Origin: an uncultured Planctomycetaceae bacterium
GTDB lineage: Bacteria > Planctomycetota > Planctomycetia > Isosphaerales > Isosphaeraceae
Reading direction: 5' to 3'
NCBI GenBank assembly: GCA_963833985.1
Contig: CAWIAD010000001.1
Coordinates: forward strand, 672,001 to 736,000
DNA: 64,000 bases
Under the pieces are notes generated by a model. The model saw only the letters and a program-made list of their open reading frames with translations, was not told where the DNA came from and did no database searches. Positions 41,524 through 52,530 of this stretch are shown in pieces; position 1 is the first letter of the stretch, and every line of letters starts with the position of its first letter. Position numbers and translations under genes: made by a program.

Positions 41524-42552
41524 TCAGACGGCCTTCATGTCCGTGTCGAAACCGTGCTGCTTGCGATGCACGGGTCCGTCATAGTGTTTCGAGCTCTTGA
41601 GGAGCTCGAACCGGCCGTCGCCGGCGAGGCTCAATGAGGCCGACTCGATGCGCTCCTTCTCCTCCTGGGAGACCGGCCGGAATTCGCGGACGACCTTCAG
41701 GTTCTGCTCGAGAACGCGCTCCGAGTCGATCCCCGAGACAAGGGTGGCGATGGGCAGCGACAGCGCATAGCGCAAGGCATCCTCCACCGGAATCCCGGCC
41801 TCGCTGACGATCTTGCCGGCGCCGCCCAGGCTCTTCATGCCGATGGGCGCGATCCCCCGGTTCACCAGCTCGGGGAGGACGCGATGCTGGAAGCTGCGGA
41901 AGTGAGCGTCCATCACGTTCAGCGGCATCTGCACGCTGGTCCAGTCGTAGGGCTTGCCGAGCATCTTCAGGTGGATCGACGGGTCCTTGTGGCCCGTGAA
42001 CCCCAGGAAGCGGACCTTGCCCTCCTTGAGCGCCCGGAGGCCTGTATGGATGGCCCCGTTCTCGGCGAAGATCCAGTCCGGGTCGTTGTCGTAGACGATC
42101 TCGTGGAACTGCCAGAGGTCGATATGATCAGTCCTCAGCCGGCGCAGGCTGTCCTCCAGGTTCGACTGGGCTTCCCGGGCCGTGCGGCCGCAGACCTTGG
42201 TCATGAGGAAGACCTTGTCGCGCCGGCCGTTCTCGGCAAGGGCCTTGCCCATCCGCTCCTCGGCGATGCCATCATGGTAGTCCCAGCAGTTGTCCATGAA
42301 GTGGATGCCCTCGTCCACGGCGCGCTGTATCAACCGGATGCTCTCGCTCTCGTCCTCGTGCTTCGTGCTGTGGTGCCCGCCAAGGGCGATCATCGTGACC
42401 TTCAGCCCGGTGCGGCCCAGCGGCCGTAACGGGATACCGGCATCATTCTTCTCATCCCCCTTCGCTGCACCCATCAGCGACCCGGCCGTCACGGCGGCCG
42501 CCCCCGTCTGGAGAAAGTCGCGGCGAGTGGGTTTCGGGCTGTTCTCGTTCAT
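41524..42552 (-). CDS. Aldo/keto reductase with Tat signal (paralog of the adjacent gene)
   Basis: TRRDFL; FMDNCWDY, VFLMTK, SLRRLRTDHIDLWQFH, GFTGHK. Confidence 0.92.
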   Translation of the reverse strand: MNENSPKPTRRDFLQTGAAAVTAGSLMGAAKGDEKNDAGIPLRPLGRTGLKVTMIALGGHHSTKHEDESESIRLIQRAVDEGIHFMDNCWDYHDGIAEERMGKALAENGRRDKVFLMTKVCGRTAREAQSNLEDSLRRLRTDHIDLWQFHEIVYDNDPDWIFAENGAIHTGLRALKEGKVRFLGFTGHKDPSIHLKMLGKPYDWTSVQMPLNVMDAHFRSFQHRVLPELVNRGIAPIGMKSLGGAGKIVSEAGIPVEDALRYALSLPIATLVSGIDSERVLEQNLKVVREFRPVSQEEKERIESASLSLAGDGRFELLKSSKHYDGPVHRKQHGFDTDMKAV

Positions 42553-42953
42553 CGTGGAAAACTCCGTTGCTGCCGACCTGGTCGTCTCGGGACGGAAGCC
42601 CGCTCCCGTGGTACGCTCGCTTCAAGATCGCTCGTCCGCTCGCTGCCGGTGCCCGGATTCGTCCCTGGACCAGGTCCATGAGCGAACGCGAGGCAAGCAG
42701 CCATTTTGAGCGAAAACCGTGCCGAGTCCCGGGATCGACAGCACCCGGGGCAGCCGTGAGGGCAAGAGCGCAGGGTGCACGCTCTGCGCGGGAGCACCAG
42801 GGCTGTGCCGCGTCCCGCTTCACACCAGCAAGGAGGAAGGGGCTCGGGCATGGCAAGCCCGGGCCGACGGAGTATATTGAGAGGTCTCCATCCATTGGTG
42901 AACCAATCCGCCAGTCTCTTGACGCCTCTCCGGCCAGGGATTCATAACTGATC

Positions 42954-44243
42954 ATGAAAACGATCAAGCTGACGCTCGACTACGGACGTACGGGAATGAA
43001 CGTGGAGCTCCCGGCGGAGCGGCTGGTCGGGCCGCTGACCATCCGCGACGTCTCTCCCCTGGATCATCCCGAGAAGGCCGTGGCCCGGGCGCTCGAGCAG
43101 CCGATCGACGCCCCACCCCTGCGCGGGCTGGCGAAGGCTCGGCAAAGCGTATGCATCCTCATTTGCGACATCACACGGCCCGTGCCAAACCAGACGATCC
43201 TCACTCCCATGCTCCGGGTTTTGCATGAAGCCGGGATCGTGCGCGAACAGGTGCTGATTTTGGTCGCGACCGGGTTGCACAGGCCGAGCACGCTGGCCGA
43301 GAAGAGAGAGATGCTCGGTGCGGAGATCGCCTCGGGCTATCGCGTGCAGGACCATCACGGCACGCAGCTCGAGGAGCACACGCTCATCGGCAGCACCCCG
43401 CGCGGGATTCCGGCATGGATTGACTCGCGGTATCTCCAGGCCGATCTGAAGATCGCCACGGGGCTGGTCGAGCCCCATCTCATGGCCGGCTATTCGGGGG
43501 GCCGCAAGCTCATCTGCCCCGGCATCGCGTCGATCGAGACAGTCCAACGCTGGCACAGTCCCGAGTTGCTGGCGCATCCGCGGGCGGAATGCGGCATCCT
43601 GGAGGGCAACCCGGTGCACGAGGAGAATACCCGGATCGCACGCATGGCCGGCTGCGATTTCATCGTGAATGTGACGATCGACAGCCATCGGAGAATCACC
43701 TCCGTGGCGGCCGGCGACATGGAGCGCGCGTTCATGGCCGCGGTCCGGTTCGTCGAGGGAGTCGTCCGTGCGCCGATCACCCGTCCGGTCGATATCGTGG
43801 TCACCAGCTCCGCCGGCTACCCGCTGGACACCACGTTCTACCAGTCCGTCAAGGGTTTGGCCGGATGCCTGCCAATCGTCAAGGAGGGCGGGACGATCAT
43901 CATGGCCGCCAGCCTGTCCGAAGGGATCGGCAGCCCCGAGCTCCAGTCAATCTTCCGCGAGATCCCCTCCCTCGAGTTCTTCGTCGAGCGCATCCTGGAC
44001 CGCGACTACTTCGTCATGGACCAGTGGCAGGTGCAAGAGCTGGCCAAGGTGCGCCGCAAGGCCCGGGTGAAGATTGTCACGGACGGGCTCTCGCCCGAGG
44101 TTCTCGGCCAGTGCTTCGTGGAGCATGCCCCGAGTGTGGAAAAGGCCCTCGATGAATCGCTGGCGGAATACGGCCCGGGCGCCACGATCGCCGTGATTCC
44201 CAAGGGCCCTTACGTCCTGCCTACCCTCGTCGACGCTGGATGA
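42954..44243 (+). CDS. larA: Nickel-pincer-dependent lactate racemase LarA family protein
   Basis: [48 protein letters not shown]. Confidence 0.88.
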   Translation: MKTIKLTLDYGRTGMNVELPAERLVGPLTIRDVSPLDHPEKAVARALEQPIDAPPLRGLAKARQSVCILICDITRPVPNQTILTPMLRVLHEAGIVREQVLILVATGLHRPSTLAEKREMLGAEIASGYRVQDHHGTQLEEHTLIGSTPRGIPAWIDSRYLQADLKIATGLVEPHLMAGYSGGRKLICPGIASIETVQRWHSPELLAHPRAECGILEGNPVHEENTRIARMAGCDFIVNVTIDSHRRITSVAAGDMERAFMAAVRFVEGVVRAPITRPVDIVVTSSAGYPLDTTFYQSVKGLAGCLPIVKEGGTIIMAASLSEGIGSPELQSIFREIPSLEFFVERILDRDYFVMDQWQVQELAKVRRKARVKIVTDGLSPEVLGQCFVEHAPSVEKALDESLAEYGPGATIAVIPKGPYVLPTLVDAG

Positions 44244-44293
44244 AACCCGTCATGGGGGCTTGCGCCGGGTCCGTCCGGACAGGAAGAACCAGC

Positions 44294-47200
44294 CTATTGG
44301 GGCACCCGCTCGTCACGGTGCTTGAGCAGGAAGCTGAGCAGATCGTTGAGCTCCGGCACCGGAATCTGGTCGGCCATATTGGCCGGCATGGGTGAGATCT
44401 GGGCCGTGGATCGCTCTTCCACGGATGCTCTGGGTACCCGCAGTTCCTTCCCCTGAGCATCGGCGAGTACGAGCACCTGGCCCTCCTCTCGCAGCAGCAG
44501 GCCCGAGACGACCTGGCCGCTCTGAAGGGCCAGGCTGGTCACGCGGAAGCTCTGATCGACGTTGCGATTGGGGTCGAGGATGTCCTCCAGCAGGCGATCC
44601 AGGCCTCGGCTGCCGATCCCGTCGAGCTGGGGACCGACCCGGGCGCCCTTGCCTTCAAGCTGGTGGCAGATGGCGCAGTTTTTCTCGAAGACCCGGGCGC
44701 CGCGGGCGGGATCGCGAGCATCCCTCAGGTAAGCCGCTCTGCGCTCGCCCATGAGCTCCTTGACCTTCTGGTCAGCGGGCGGCAGACCCTTCAGCAACGC
44801 CGCAAGCCGATCGGAGAGGCGGGCGATGCCGGCATTCTCGAGGCCGATGACCACGCGCCGTTCCTGAAGCAGGCGTGGAGATCCCTTACCGGATTCGATC
44901 GCCCCGAGCAGCGCCTCGGCGCCGGCACGGCGCCTGGCCAGCGCCGCGGCCATTGTGGACTGGAGCCGCTCGGGGGTGGAGGGCAAGGCCGCGAGGATGG
45001 CGTCCAGCGCCTCGGGCCGTTCCAGGTTCGCCAGCGTGATCGCGGCCCTCTCGCGCAGGCCCATCGCGAGCGCGCTGTCGCCCAGCAGCCCGCCGAGCCA
45101 GGCGACACCGGCCGCCGGATCAACGGCCGCCACGGCGGCCAGCGCCTCGTTGCGCCGGGTCTCGGGAGCACTCTCACGGCCGGCGAGCTGTTTCAGGGCG
45201 GGGACCAGCTCTTTGAGCTGAAAGTCGCGGATGGACTCGATCCCCAGCGCCAGCTCCTCGTCATCACGCGACGACAGGAGCTGCTGGCAGAGACGGCTGC
45301 CGGCGGCGCGGATCTCCGCATCAAGCGGTTCGCCACGTTCCTGGGAGCCCTGCTGGATCGTGCGGTACAGGGCAAGGCGATCGGCGGGGCGGTGGTCGGC
45401 GGTCTCGACGAGCCGCTTCAGCCGGGATATGGCTTTCTTGCCGGCGTATCGGGCGATGTGATGCACGAAACGTTGCAGGTCCTCCCTCCCAGGTTCGGAT
45501 TGCGCTTCGAGATACGACAGCAGATAGTCGGCGGCAGCATGCGAACTCACTCCGGTGGATACGTCGGCCAGGCACGCGCGGTCCCGGTCGCTCAGGTCGA
45601 GATGGGCGAGCTTCGCCCATCCCGCGGGTGTCGTGAGCTGATCGCGCAGGGCCATCCGCACGACGTGGATGAGCTGGGTGTCATCGCCCAAGGACTCGTG
45701 CCTGAGCAACAGCAAGGGGCGGATGTTTTCCGGTTGCGGGTGGGCGCCCAGCGCCGCGGCCGCGGCACGGCGAACGAACGGGTCCTCGTGCGCCAGAGCC
45801 TCGAGCGCCAGTTCGTGCAGTGTGCCGGACAGGGTGGGGCGCTGGCCGAGGATGTTCATCACATGCACCAGTGTCATGCGATCAGCATGCTTGCGGGCAC
45901 AGTCGGCGAGGAGCTTCTCATCAAGTTGTCCCAGCCGGTGCAGCACCCAGAGCGCATGAACCCTGGAAAAAGGCCCGGCTGATGCTCCGGGGACATTGCG
46001 AAGCGCCGCTGCCACCTCCGGGCCGCCTCGTGCCGCAAGCTGGTTCGAGGCCGAGATGCGCACGGCCAGGTTGGGATGGTTCAGGTCGTCGACCAGTTCG
46101 GCAAGCGTGCTCCTGGTCCGATCGGTGCGGCCCGGAACCGGCGGCGGAGCCGTGTCCTTGCCCCGGTAGACGATCCGCCAGATCCGCCCGCTGGTGCGGT
46201 CGCGGCCGGGGTGAGTCAGGGGGACCTCGTAGTGGCCGATGATCCGGTTGTAGAAATCGGCGACATAGAGTGCTCCGTCGGGCCCGAGCTCGATGTCGAC
46301 GGGCCGGAACCAGTTGTCCTCGCTCCAGACGAAATCGGGCTGCTCGGTTCCCCGAGGTGTCGAGCCGTGCCAGGTGATCCGGTCGTGATTGATACGGTTG
46401 GTGACGACGTTGCCCACGAAGATCGTGTCGCGATACGGCTCGGGAAACTGGTCGGCCGCGTAGTAAGAAATGCCCGCGATCCCGGTCGAGCCATGGTCGT
46501 AGTTCACCATCTCGGGCCCGAAGCCCAGGCCGTCGTCGGGCTTGCCAAAGCTGGGATACCAGGCGCCTCGCAGCAATTGGTAGACCGGCCTGCTGTGGCA
46601 GTCGCACGAGTAGAGGTTCCCGAGCGGATCGAAGCAGAGCCCGAACGGGTTCACCTGGCCGTGGCTGAAGTATTCGGCGTGCGAGCCGTCGGGCTGCATC
46701 CGGTAGGTGTTCCCCGAGTTCATCGTGATGGGGCGTTTGTCCTTGCCCGCAACCGTCGAGTCATTGGCATATCCGTGGCACGCGTAGACCCAGCCGTCGA
46801 AACCCCAGGTAAAGGCGTTGGTCATACCGTGCGTGTCCCTGTGGCCGAAAACGCCGTACACCACATCGCGCGCATCGGCCTGGCCGTCACCATCGGTGTC
46901 GCGGACGAGGAAGATGTCCGGGATGCTGTGCACCAGGGCAGCCGAGGCGGAGGGAAGGGGAAGCAAGCCGATGGGGATGTTCAGTCCGTCGGCGAAGGTC
47001 TTGACCGAGCGGGCCCTGCCATCCGGCGCGAAGTCGGAGAGGATCTTGACCGTGTCACGAGGCCGCTTGCCCGGCTCTGCCGGATAGGGGTATTCGACCG
47101 TATCGGTGACCCAGAGCCGGCCGCGGTCGTCGAAGGCCAGGTTGAGCGGCTTCTGGATCTCCGGCTCGGCGGCCACAAGCTGGATCTCGAATCCAGGCGG

Positions 47201-47356
47201 TACGTGAAGGGCCTTCTGCTCCTCGCGCGGCGATCGATGCGGCAACGTCGAGACGTTCTCCACCGGTGCTGGCTTCTGGGCGCGTGCGTCGCAGCAGATC
47301 GTCAAGAGCAGGGCGGCAACCAAGAGCCCTGACCGCAACAGAAGGTATCTGGGCAT
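44294..47356 (-). CDS. PVC-type heme-binding CxxCH protein (sorbosone dehydrogenase-like beta-propeller, HEAT repeats, cytochrome c)
   Basis: GFEIQLVAAEP, FDDRGRLWV, WFRPVDIELGPDGALYVADFYN, CAICH, VGPQLDGIG, SPMP. Confidence 0.92.
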   Translation of the reverse strand: MPRYLLLRSGLLVAALLLTICCDARAQKPAPVENVSTLPHRSPREEQKALHVPPGFEIQLVAAEPEIQKPLNLAFDDRGRLWVTDTVEYPYPAEPGKRPRDTVKILSDFAPDGRARSVKTFADGLNIPIGLLPLPSASAALVHSIPDIFLVRDTDGDGQADARDVVYGVFGHRDTHGMTNAFTWGFDGWVYACHGYANDSTVAGKDKRPITMNSGNTYRMQPDGSHAEYFSHGQVNPFGLCFDPLGNLYSCDCHSRPVYQLLRGAWYPSFGKPDDGLGFGPEMVNYDHGSTGIAGISYYAADQFPEPYRDTIFVGNVVTNRINHDRITWHGSTPRGTEQPDFVWSEDNWFRPVDIELGPDGALYVADFYNRIIGHYEVPLTHPGRDRTSGRIWRIVYRGKDTAPPPVPGRTDRTRSTLAELVDDLNHPNLAVRISASNQLAARGGPEVAAALRNVPGASAGPFSRVHALWVLHRLGQLDEKLLADCARKHADRMTLVHVMNILGQRPTLSGTLHELALEALAHEDPFVRRAAAAALGAHPQPENIRPLLLLRHESLGDDTQLIHVVRMALRDQLTTPAGWAKLAHLDLSDRDRACLADVSTGVSSHAAADYLLSYLEAQSEPGREDLQRFVHHIARYAGKKAISRLKRLVETADHRPADRLALYRTIQQGSQERGEPLDAEIRAAGSRLCQQLLSSRDDEELALGIESIRDFQLKELVPALKQLAGRESAPETRRNEALAAVAAVDPAAGVAWLGGLLGDSALAMGLRERAAITLANLERPEALDAILAALPSTPERLQSTMAAALARRRAGAEALLGAIESGKGSPRLLQERRVVIGLENAGIARLSDRLAALLKGLPPADQKVKELMGERRAAYLRDARDPARGARVFEKNCAICHQLEGKGARVGPQLDGIGSRGLDRLLEDILDPNRNVDQSFRVTSLALQSGQVVSGLLLREEGQVLVLADAQGKELRVPRASVEERSTAQISPMPANMADQIPVPELNDLLSFLLKHRDERVPQ

Positions 47357-47456
47357 GAAGAGACTCCGCACGAGGAGGGAAAAGGTCACGCGATCCCACC
47401 ATTCGAAAATGGACAGGAGTTGGCCTGGCAACGTCGATACCGCGACAGCGTTCCAC

Positions 47457-47562
47457 CTAATTAGCTCCCCGTAAGAGGGAAAGTGTGGAACGGCCGCCCT
47501 CGGCCGTCCTGAGCCAGCCGAGGGCGGCTGGCCCACATTCCAAGAGGCGAGGATCTATTTAG
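47457..47562. mobile_element. MITE/REPIN-like element, copy 2 (106 bp)
   Basis: Identical to 30078-30190 except one substitution in the left end and absence of a 7-nt CACATTC duplication. Confidence 0.8.
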
Positions 47563-47575
47563 CTTCCAGTGCGAT

Positions 47576-48463
47576 TCATTCATCACGGCGTCGTGGGTTT
47601 AACAAGCTTGGACTTGCGGATCTGCTCGGGTTTTGTCGGTTCCAGGGCCTCTTCCTCGGCCTCGCGCACCGTCTCCGCGGGGAATTTGCCAAGGATCGAG
47701 CTGTTCCGCGCGCGATCTCCTCGCGGAGCAGGGGAGACCGGGCCACCGCTTTCGCCTGAGCCTTCTGGAGCTGGGCCAGCAAGCTGGGGTGCAATTCATG
47801 GGCACCCGCCGGGGCGCTGCTCAGGACTTCCAGGGCGGTGATGGGATGGATCTCCCAGGCGGTTGCCCGCACGTTGTGCGCACCACCGGGGTTGGTGTTC
47901 TCGGAGATATTCACATGAATGGAATCAAAGAATAGCCAGCCCGTGATCCGGACCCACGTCCCCACAATTCCATTGGCGCTGTCCTGGCCCTGGAGCGCCT
48001 TTGTGGACCAGTCCACGCCCATGGACGCCATCTGCTTGCGGAGCCGCGGGGTGATCTCCATGACGACACGCTGGTTCGGGGGTGCATCCGCGGAGAGCGC
48101 GACCTCGATATGGGTGTCCTCGTCGATGGGATCGGTCGCCTTGCAGTTGCAGCTCTCGGCCGATCCCGACTTCACGCGGATGACGATGCCCTCGATCGTC
48201 GCCCCCTTGGTGGCGTCGAACCGGCCCATGTCGTTGCCCGGAGCGAGGATGGCCGCCAGGGTCACGTCCGGGTCAATATCGCCGGCCGCCGGGCCGGTCG
48301 GCCTGTTCTTCTGAAGGTCCAGGGCAATCAGTTCCGGGTTGGGGTTACTCCCCTGGGGCGGGCAGGGAGTCCCGTTGGCCAGGGTGTACACGTTATCGTT
48401 CCCGGTCTGCTGTCCGAACGTCAGGGCGGCGAGCGTTGTGGCGATCCAACCGATCCATCTCAT
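47576..48463 (-). CDS. Secreted hypothetical protein (C-terminus possibly frameshifted)
   Basis: Signal peptide, GAAGAGG RBS; motifs ESCNC, DTHIEV, EITPR, RITGWLFFD, AWEIHPIT. Confidence 0.7.
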   Translation of the reverse strand: MRWIGWIATTLAALTFGQQTGNDNVYTLANGTPCPPQGSNPNPELIALDLQKNRPTGPAAGDIDPDVTLAAILAPGNDMGRFDATKGATIEGIVIRVKSGSAESCNCKATDPIDEDTHIEVALSADAPPNQRVVMEITPRLRKQMASMGVDWSTKALQGQDSANGIVGTWVRITGWLFFDSIHVNISENTNPGGAHNVRATAWEIHPITALEVLSSAPAGAHELHPSLLAQLQKAQAKAVARSPLLREEIARGTARSLANSPRRRCARPRKRPWNRQNPSRSASPSLLNPRRRDE

Positions 48464-48739
48464 GGCTTGCCTCTTCGAGAAGGAGAATCGGGTCAGGCTA
48501 CGTGTGCGCCTCGATCTTAACGACAGTTTGCCCTGAAATCATGGGCTGCCGGAATGCGGGCGAGCGTGTGGGCCCCCGGACGCGGCTCGCGCGGCTGCGT
48601 CGAGACGGGCTGCGCGGGCGTCGTGCATTCCCTGGCCTGGCGAATCGCCGGCCGGTTGCCGTTGACCGGGATCGCCGGATCACTACAATTTGCCTCAAGT
48701 CGTCGTTTCTCAAATGGTTTGATCGAGCAAGGCGGGGTG

Positions 48740-50245
48740 ATGGCGGACGAGCCGCGGGAGAGCCTGGAAGCCGTTCGTCTGGACAAGATGCGGCGAATCG
48801 CGGCGCTCGGGCTCGACCCCTGGGGTCAGCGGTTCGACGGCCATCAGGCGATCGCCTCGGCACGCGCGCTGCCCGTGCCGAAGGCGGGCGAGGGCGAGCC
48901 AGCCGAGACCGGCCCCGCCGTGCGCGTGGCCGGGCGCATCGTGCTCAAGCGCGGGCAGGGCAAGGTGGTCTTCGTCGACCTCCGCGACTGGACCGAAAGC
49001 ATCCAGGTCTTCATCGGCAAGAAGCAGGTTGGCGACGCGGGCTGGAGCCTGGCCGAGCTGCTGGACCTGGGCGACCTGATCGGCGTGTACGGCACGCTGG
49101 GATACACCAGGACCGGTGAGCTGACCATCTTCGCCACCGAGCTGACGTTTCTTGCCAAGAGCCTGCTTCCACCCCCCGAGAAATGGCACGGGCTGACCGA
49201 CCTGGAGCAGCGCTATCGGCGGCGGTACGTCGACCTGTTCACCAATCCCGAATCGCTGGAGACCTTCCTGGGCCGCTCACGGATCATCACGGCATTCCGC
49301 AAGATCATGGCGGAACGGGGTTTCATCGAAGTCGAGACGCCCACGATGCAGGCGATCGCCGGCGGCGCGGCCGCCCGGCCCTTCGTCACGCACCACAACA
49401 CGCTGGATATTGATCTGTTCCTGCGGATTGCGCCGGAGCTGTATCTCAAGCGGCTCCTGGTCGGGGGCATGGAGCGGGTCTTCGAGATCGGCCGGGTTTA
49501 TCGTAATGAAGGGATCAGCCCCAAGCACAATCCCGAATTCACCATGCTCGAGGCGTACCAGTCGTACGGCGACTATCACGCGATGATGGACCTGACCGAG
49601 GCCCTCGTCTGCGGCGCAATCGACGCGCTGGGGGGCGGTTTCCAGCGTCCCTGGGGTGAAAAAACGATCGACTTCACGCCGCCGTGGCCCCGGCGGACCT
49701 ATGCCGAACTGCTGGCCGAGCACGCCGGCGTGGACCCGGCGGAGTTCGGCTCCATCAAGTCTCGGGCCGAGGCGCAGGGGCTGGCCACGGCGGGCAAGGA
49801 TCGCGATGTCGTGGCCAGCGAACTGTTCGAGGAAGTGGTCGAGGAGCGGCTGAGCGGGCCGGTGTTCGTCATCGACTATCCCGCGGCGATCTGCCCGTTG
49901 ACCAAGCGGAAGCCCGCCAACCCGGCGGTGGCCGAGCGGTTCGAGCTGTTCATCGACGGCATGGAGCTGGCCAACGCCTACACGGAACTGAACGACCCCC
50001 TGCTGCAAGAGCAGCTCTTCCGCAGCCAGCTCGCGGGACTGCCCGCGGACGAGTCGATGGCCCGGATGGACGACGACTTCGTGCGAGCGCTCAAGCATGC
50101 GATGCCTCCGGCCGGCGGACTGGGCGTCGGTGTCGACCGACTCTGCATGCTGCTTCTGAACCGTCCCAGCATCCGCGACGTGATCCTGTTTCCGCTCATG
50201 CGTCCGCAGGCGGCCGGCAGCGCGAATCCGGAAGATTCGGGTTGA
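48740..50245 (+). CDS. lysS: Lysine--tRNA ligase (class II)
   Basis: PPEKWHGLTD.EQRYRRRYVDL, EVETP, LRIAPELYLKRL, YRNEG.SPKHNPEFTMLE, PPAGGLG.G.DRL. Confidence 0.97.
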   Translation: MADEPRESLEAVRLDKMRRIAALGLDPWGQRFDGHQAIASARALPVPKAGEGEPAETGPAVRVAGRIVLKRGQGKVVFVDLRDWTESIQVFIGKKQVGDAGWSLAELLDLGDLIGVYGTLGYTRTGELTIFATELTFLAKSLLPPPEKWHGLTDLEQRYRRRYVDLFTNPESLETFLGRSRIITAFRKIMAERGFIEVETPTMQAIAGGAAARPFVTHHNTLDIDLFLRIAPELYLKRLLVGGMERVFEIGRVYRNEGISPKHNPEFTMLEAYQSYGDYHAMMDLTEALVCGAIDALGGGFQRPWGEKTIDFTPPWPRRTYAELLAEHAGVDPAEFGSIKSRAEAQGLATAGKDRDVVASELFEEVVEERLSGPVFVIDYPAAICPLTKRKPANPAVAERFELFIDGMELANAYTELNDPLLQEQLFRSQLAGLPADESMARMDDDFVRALKHAMPPAGGLGVGVDRLCMLLLNRPSIRDVILFPLMRPQAAGSANPEDSG

Positions 50246-50287
50246 GAATCGACCCGACGGGACCAGACCAGGGAAGGAGTGGTCGAG

Positions 50288-51693
50288 GTGTACAAGTACC
50301 TGCTTTGCTGGCGCGTATCTGCGCCACCCGCTACATCGCGCTGGCCAGTGTGATCAGCGTGATGCTCGGCGTGGCCACGATGATCGTGGTCAACTCGGTG
50401 ATGGCCGGGTTCTCGGACAAGATGCGGGACCGGCTGCACGGCGTCCTGGCCGACATGGTGGTGGAGTCGGCCTCGATGGACGGCTTCGACCATTTCGAGG
50501 AGGTGATGGCCCGGGTGCGTGAGGCCGGCGGCGACGACGTGCTGGCCATGGCTCCCACCATGGAAACCCCCGGCATTCTCAAGTACCGCGTCGGCGGCGG
50601 TTCCATGACGCGCACGGTGCAGATCATCGGCGTGGATCCCCGCCAGCGCGCACTCACCGGCGACTTCGCCGAGTTCCTCTTCGACGAGACGGGGCAGAAG
50701 GTTGAGCCGTCGTTCCAGGTGGCCGAAGCGCTCAAGGATAGCTCGCCGGCCGGGAGTCGCCTCAAGGAGCTGGAAGGCGAGCCCGCGGACGAATTCACCA
50801 AGGCCATGAGGGAGCATCTGGAAGCGCAGAAGCGCGAGCAGGTCCCCGACCAGGGGGCGATCATCGGCTACGCGCTGGGAACCTGGCACCCGGGTAAAGG
50901 CCACGATGACGTCTATCTGGCTCACCTGGGCACCAAGATCAGCCTGGCATTCCCCAAGTCCGGGCGGAAGCCCGAGGCCGGGTTCGACGAGTTCTCGGTC
51001 GTCGGCTTCTTCAAGAGCGGCATGAGCGAGTACGATTCGATGCACGTCTACGTGCCGCTCGAGCAGCTTCAGAAGTCACGTGATCTCCGGGGGGCGGTGA
51101 ACCAGATCCAGATCAAGGCGAAGGCGGGAACCGACCTGGACCAGCTTGCCGACCGCCTGCAACTGGGGCTGGACCGGCTGCGGCCGATGTTCTTCAAGGT
51201 CTGGACCTGGGAGCAGAAGCAGGGTCCCTTGCTGGGTGCGGTGGCCATCGAGCAGAGCATCCTCAACATCCTGCTGTTCATGATCATCGCGGTCGCGGGG
51301 TTCGGCATCCTGGCGATCTTCTCGATGATCGTGGTCGAGAAGACGCGCGACATCGGCGTGATGAAGGCGCTGGGGGCCTCCACCAGCGGCATCCGGGGGA
51401 TCTTCCTGGGCTACGGCCTGCTCTTAGGCGCGGTGGGGAGCGGCGTGGGCATGATTGGCGGCCTGCTCTTCGTCCGGTACATCAACCCCATCGAACGCGG
51501 ATTGAGCTGGGTCATGGGACGCAAGGTCTTTGACGACTCGATCTACTATTTCGACAAGATCCCCACGCTCGTGGACCCTCACACGCTGATCGGAATCGTC
51601 TGCGGTGCGCTCCTGATCGCCGTGCTGGCCAGCGTCTGGCCGGCCCAGCGCGCGGCCCGGCTGCACCCCGTGAAGGCCTTGCGGTTCGAGTGA
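50288..51693 (+). CDS. Lipoprotein-releasing ABC transporter permease LolC/E family (indels near 50315-50325)
   Basis: GTG start MYKYLLCWR; SVMLGVATMIVVNSVMAGF; VVEKTRDIGVMKALGA; PAQRAARLHPVKALRFE; lysS-lolCE-lolD order. Confidence 0.88.
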
Positions 51694-51759
51694 CGGGCGG
51701 CTCGGCAAGAGGAGTCTGTCGGGCAGAGCACTTCGGTTCTTGCAGGGAAGGCGGGGACG

Positions 51760-52470
51760 ATGGCCAGTCATATCGCGGCGGTCGAGTTGCACAAGAGCTA
51801 CTGGAAGGGGCGGAACGAGGTTCCGGTCCTGCGGGGCGTGGACGTTTCGGCCGAGCAGGGCGAGCTGGTCGCGGTGGTGGGTGCCAGCGGCTCCGGGAAG
51901 AGCACGCTGCTGCACATCCTGGGTCTGCTCGACGCTCCTGATGGCGGCACCGTCGAGGTGGACGGGAAGCGGATCGACAACCGCCCGGAGCGGCACCGTG
52001 ACCTGATGCGGAACCGGCTATTCGGCTTCATCTTCCAGTTCTACCATCTGCTTCCCGAGCTGACGGCGCTCGAAAACGTGATGATGCCGGAGCTCATCCG
52101 CCAGGGCCTCTGGTCGTACTGGAAGGAACGCCGGCGGATCCGCCGCGAGGCGACCGATCTATTGCACCGGGTGGGTCTGGGGCACCGGCTCGACCATCTT
52201 CCCGCGGAGCTTTCCGGCGGCGAGATGCAGCGTGCCGCGATCGCCCGGGCGCTGGCGGGCCGGCCGACGATCCTGCTGGCGGACGAGCCGACGGGCAACC
52301 TGGACGCCGCCAGCGGCCAGGGCGTGCTGGAACTGCTGCGCGACTTGAACCGCGAGCGCCAGCTCACTATGATACTCGTTACGCATGATCAGCACATAGC
52401 CCAGCAGGCCGACCGGGTCGTTCGGCTCGCCGAGGGGCGAATCGAGGAGTGGGCACCCGCGCTGCTGTGA
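51760..52470 (+). CDS. lolD: Lipoprotein-releasing ABC transporter ATP-binding protein
   Basis: [48 protein letters not shown]. Confidence 0.9.
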   Translation: MASHIAAVELHKSYWKGRNEVPVLRGVDVSAEQGELVAVVGASGSGKSTLLHILGLLDAPDGGTVEVDGKRIDNRPERHRDLMRNRLFGFIFQFYHLLPELTALENVMMPELIRQGLWSYWKERRRIRREATDLLHRVGLGHRLDHLPAELSGGEMQRAAIARALAGRPTILLADEPTGNLDAASGQGVLELLRDLNRERQLTMILVTHDQHIAQQADRVVRLAEGRIEEWAPALL

Positions 52471-52530
52471 GGACGTCTGGCCAGCGCGGGGCCGCGGCAT
52501 CGGCTGTGCGTCATGGCTGGAGGGCGGCCG

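Noticed and set aside
47357..47536. N-terminal extension of the 1080-aa ORF
   Set aside because: Derived from the MITE-like element; the real start is more likely MPRYLLL at 47356 with a signal peptide
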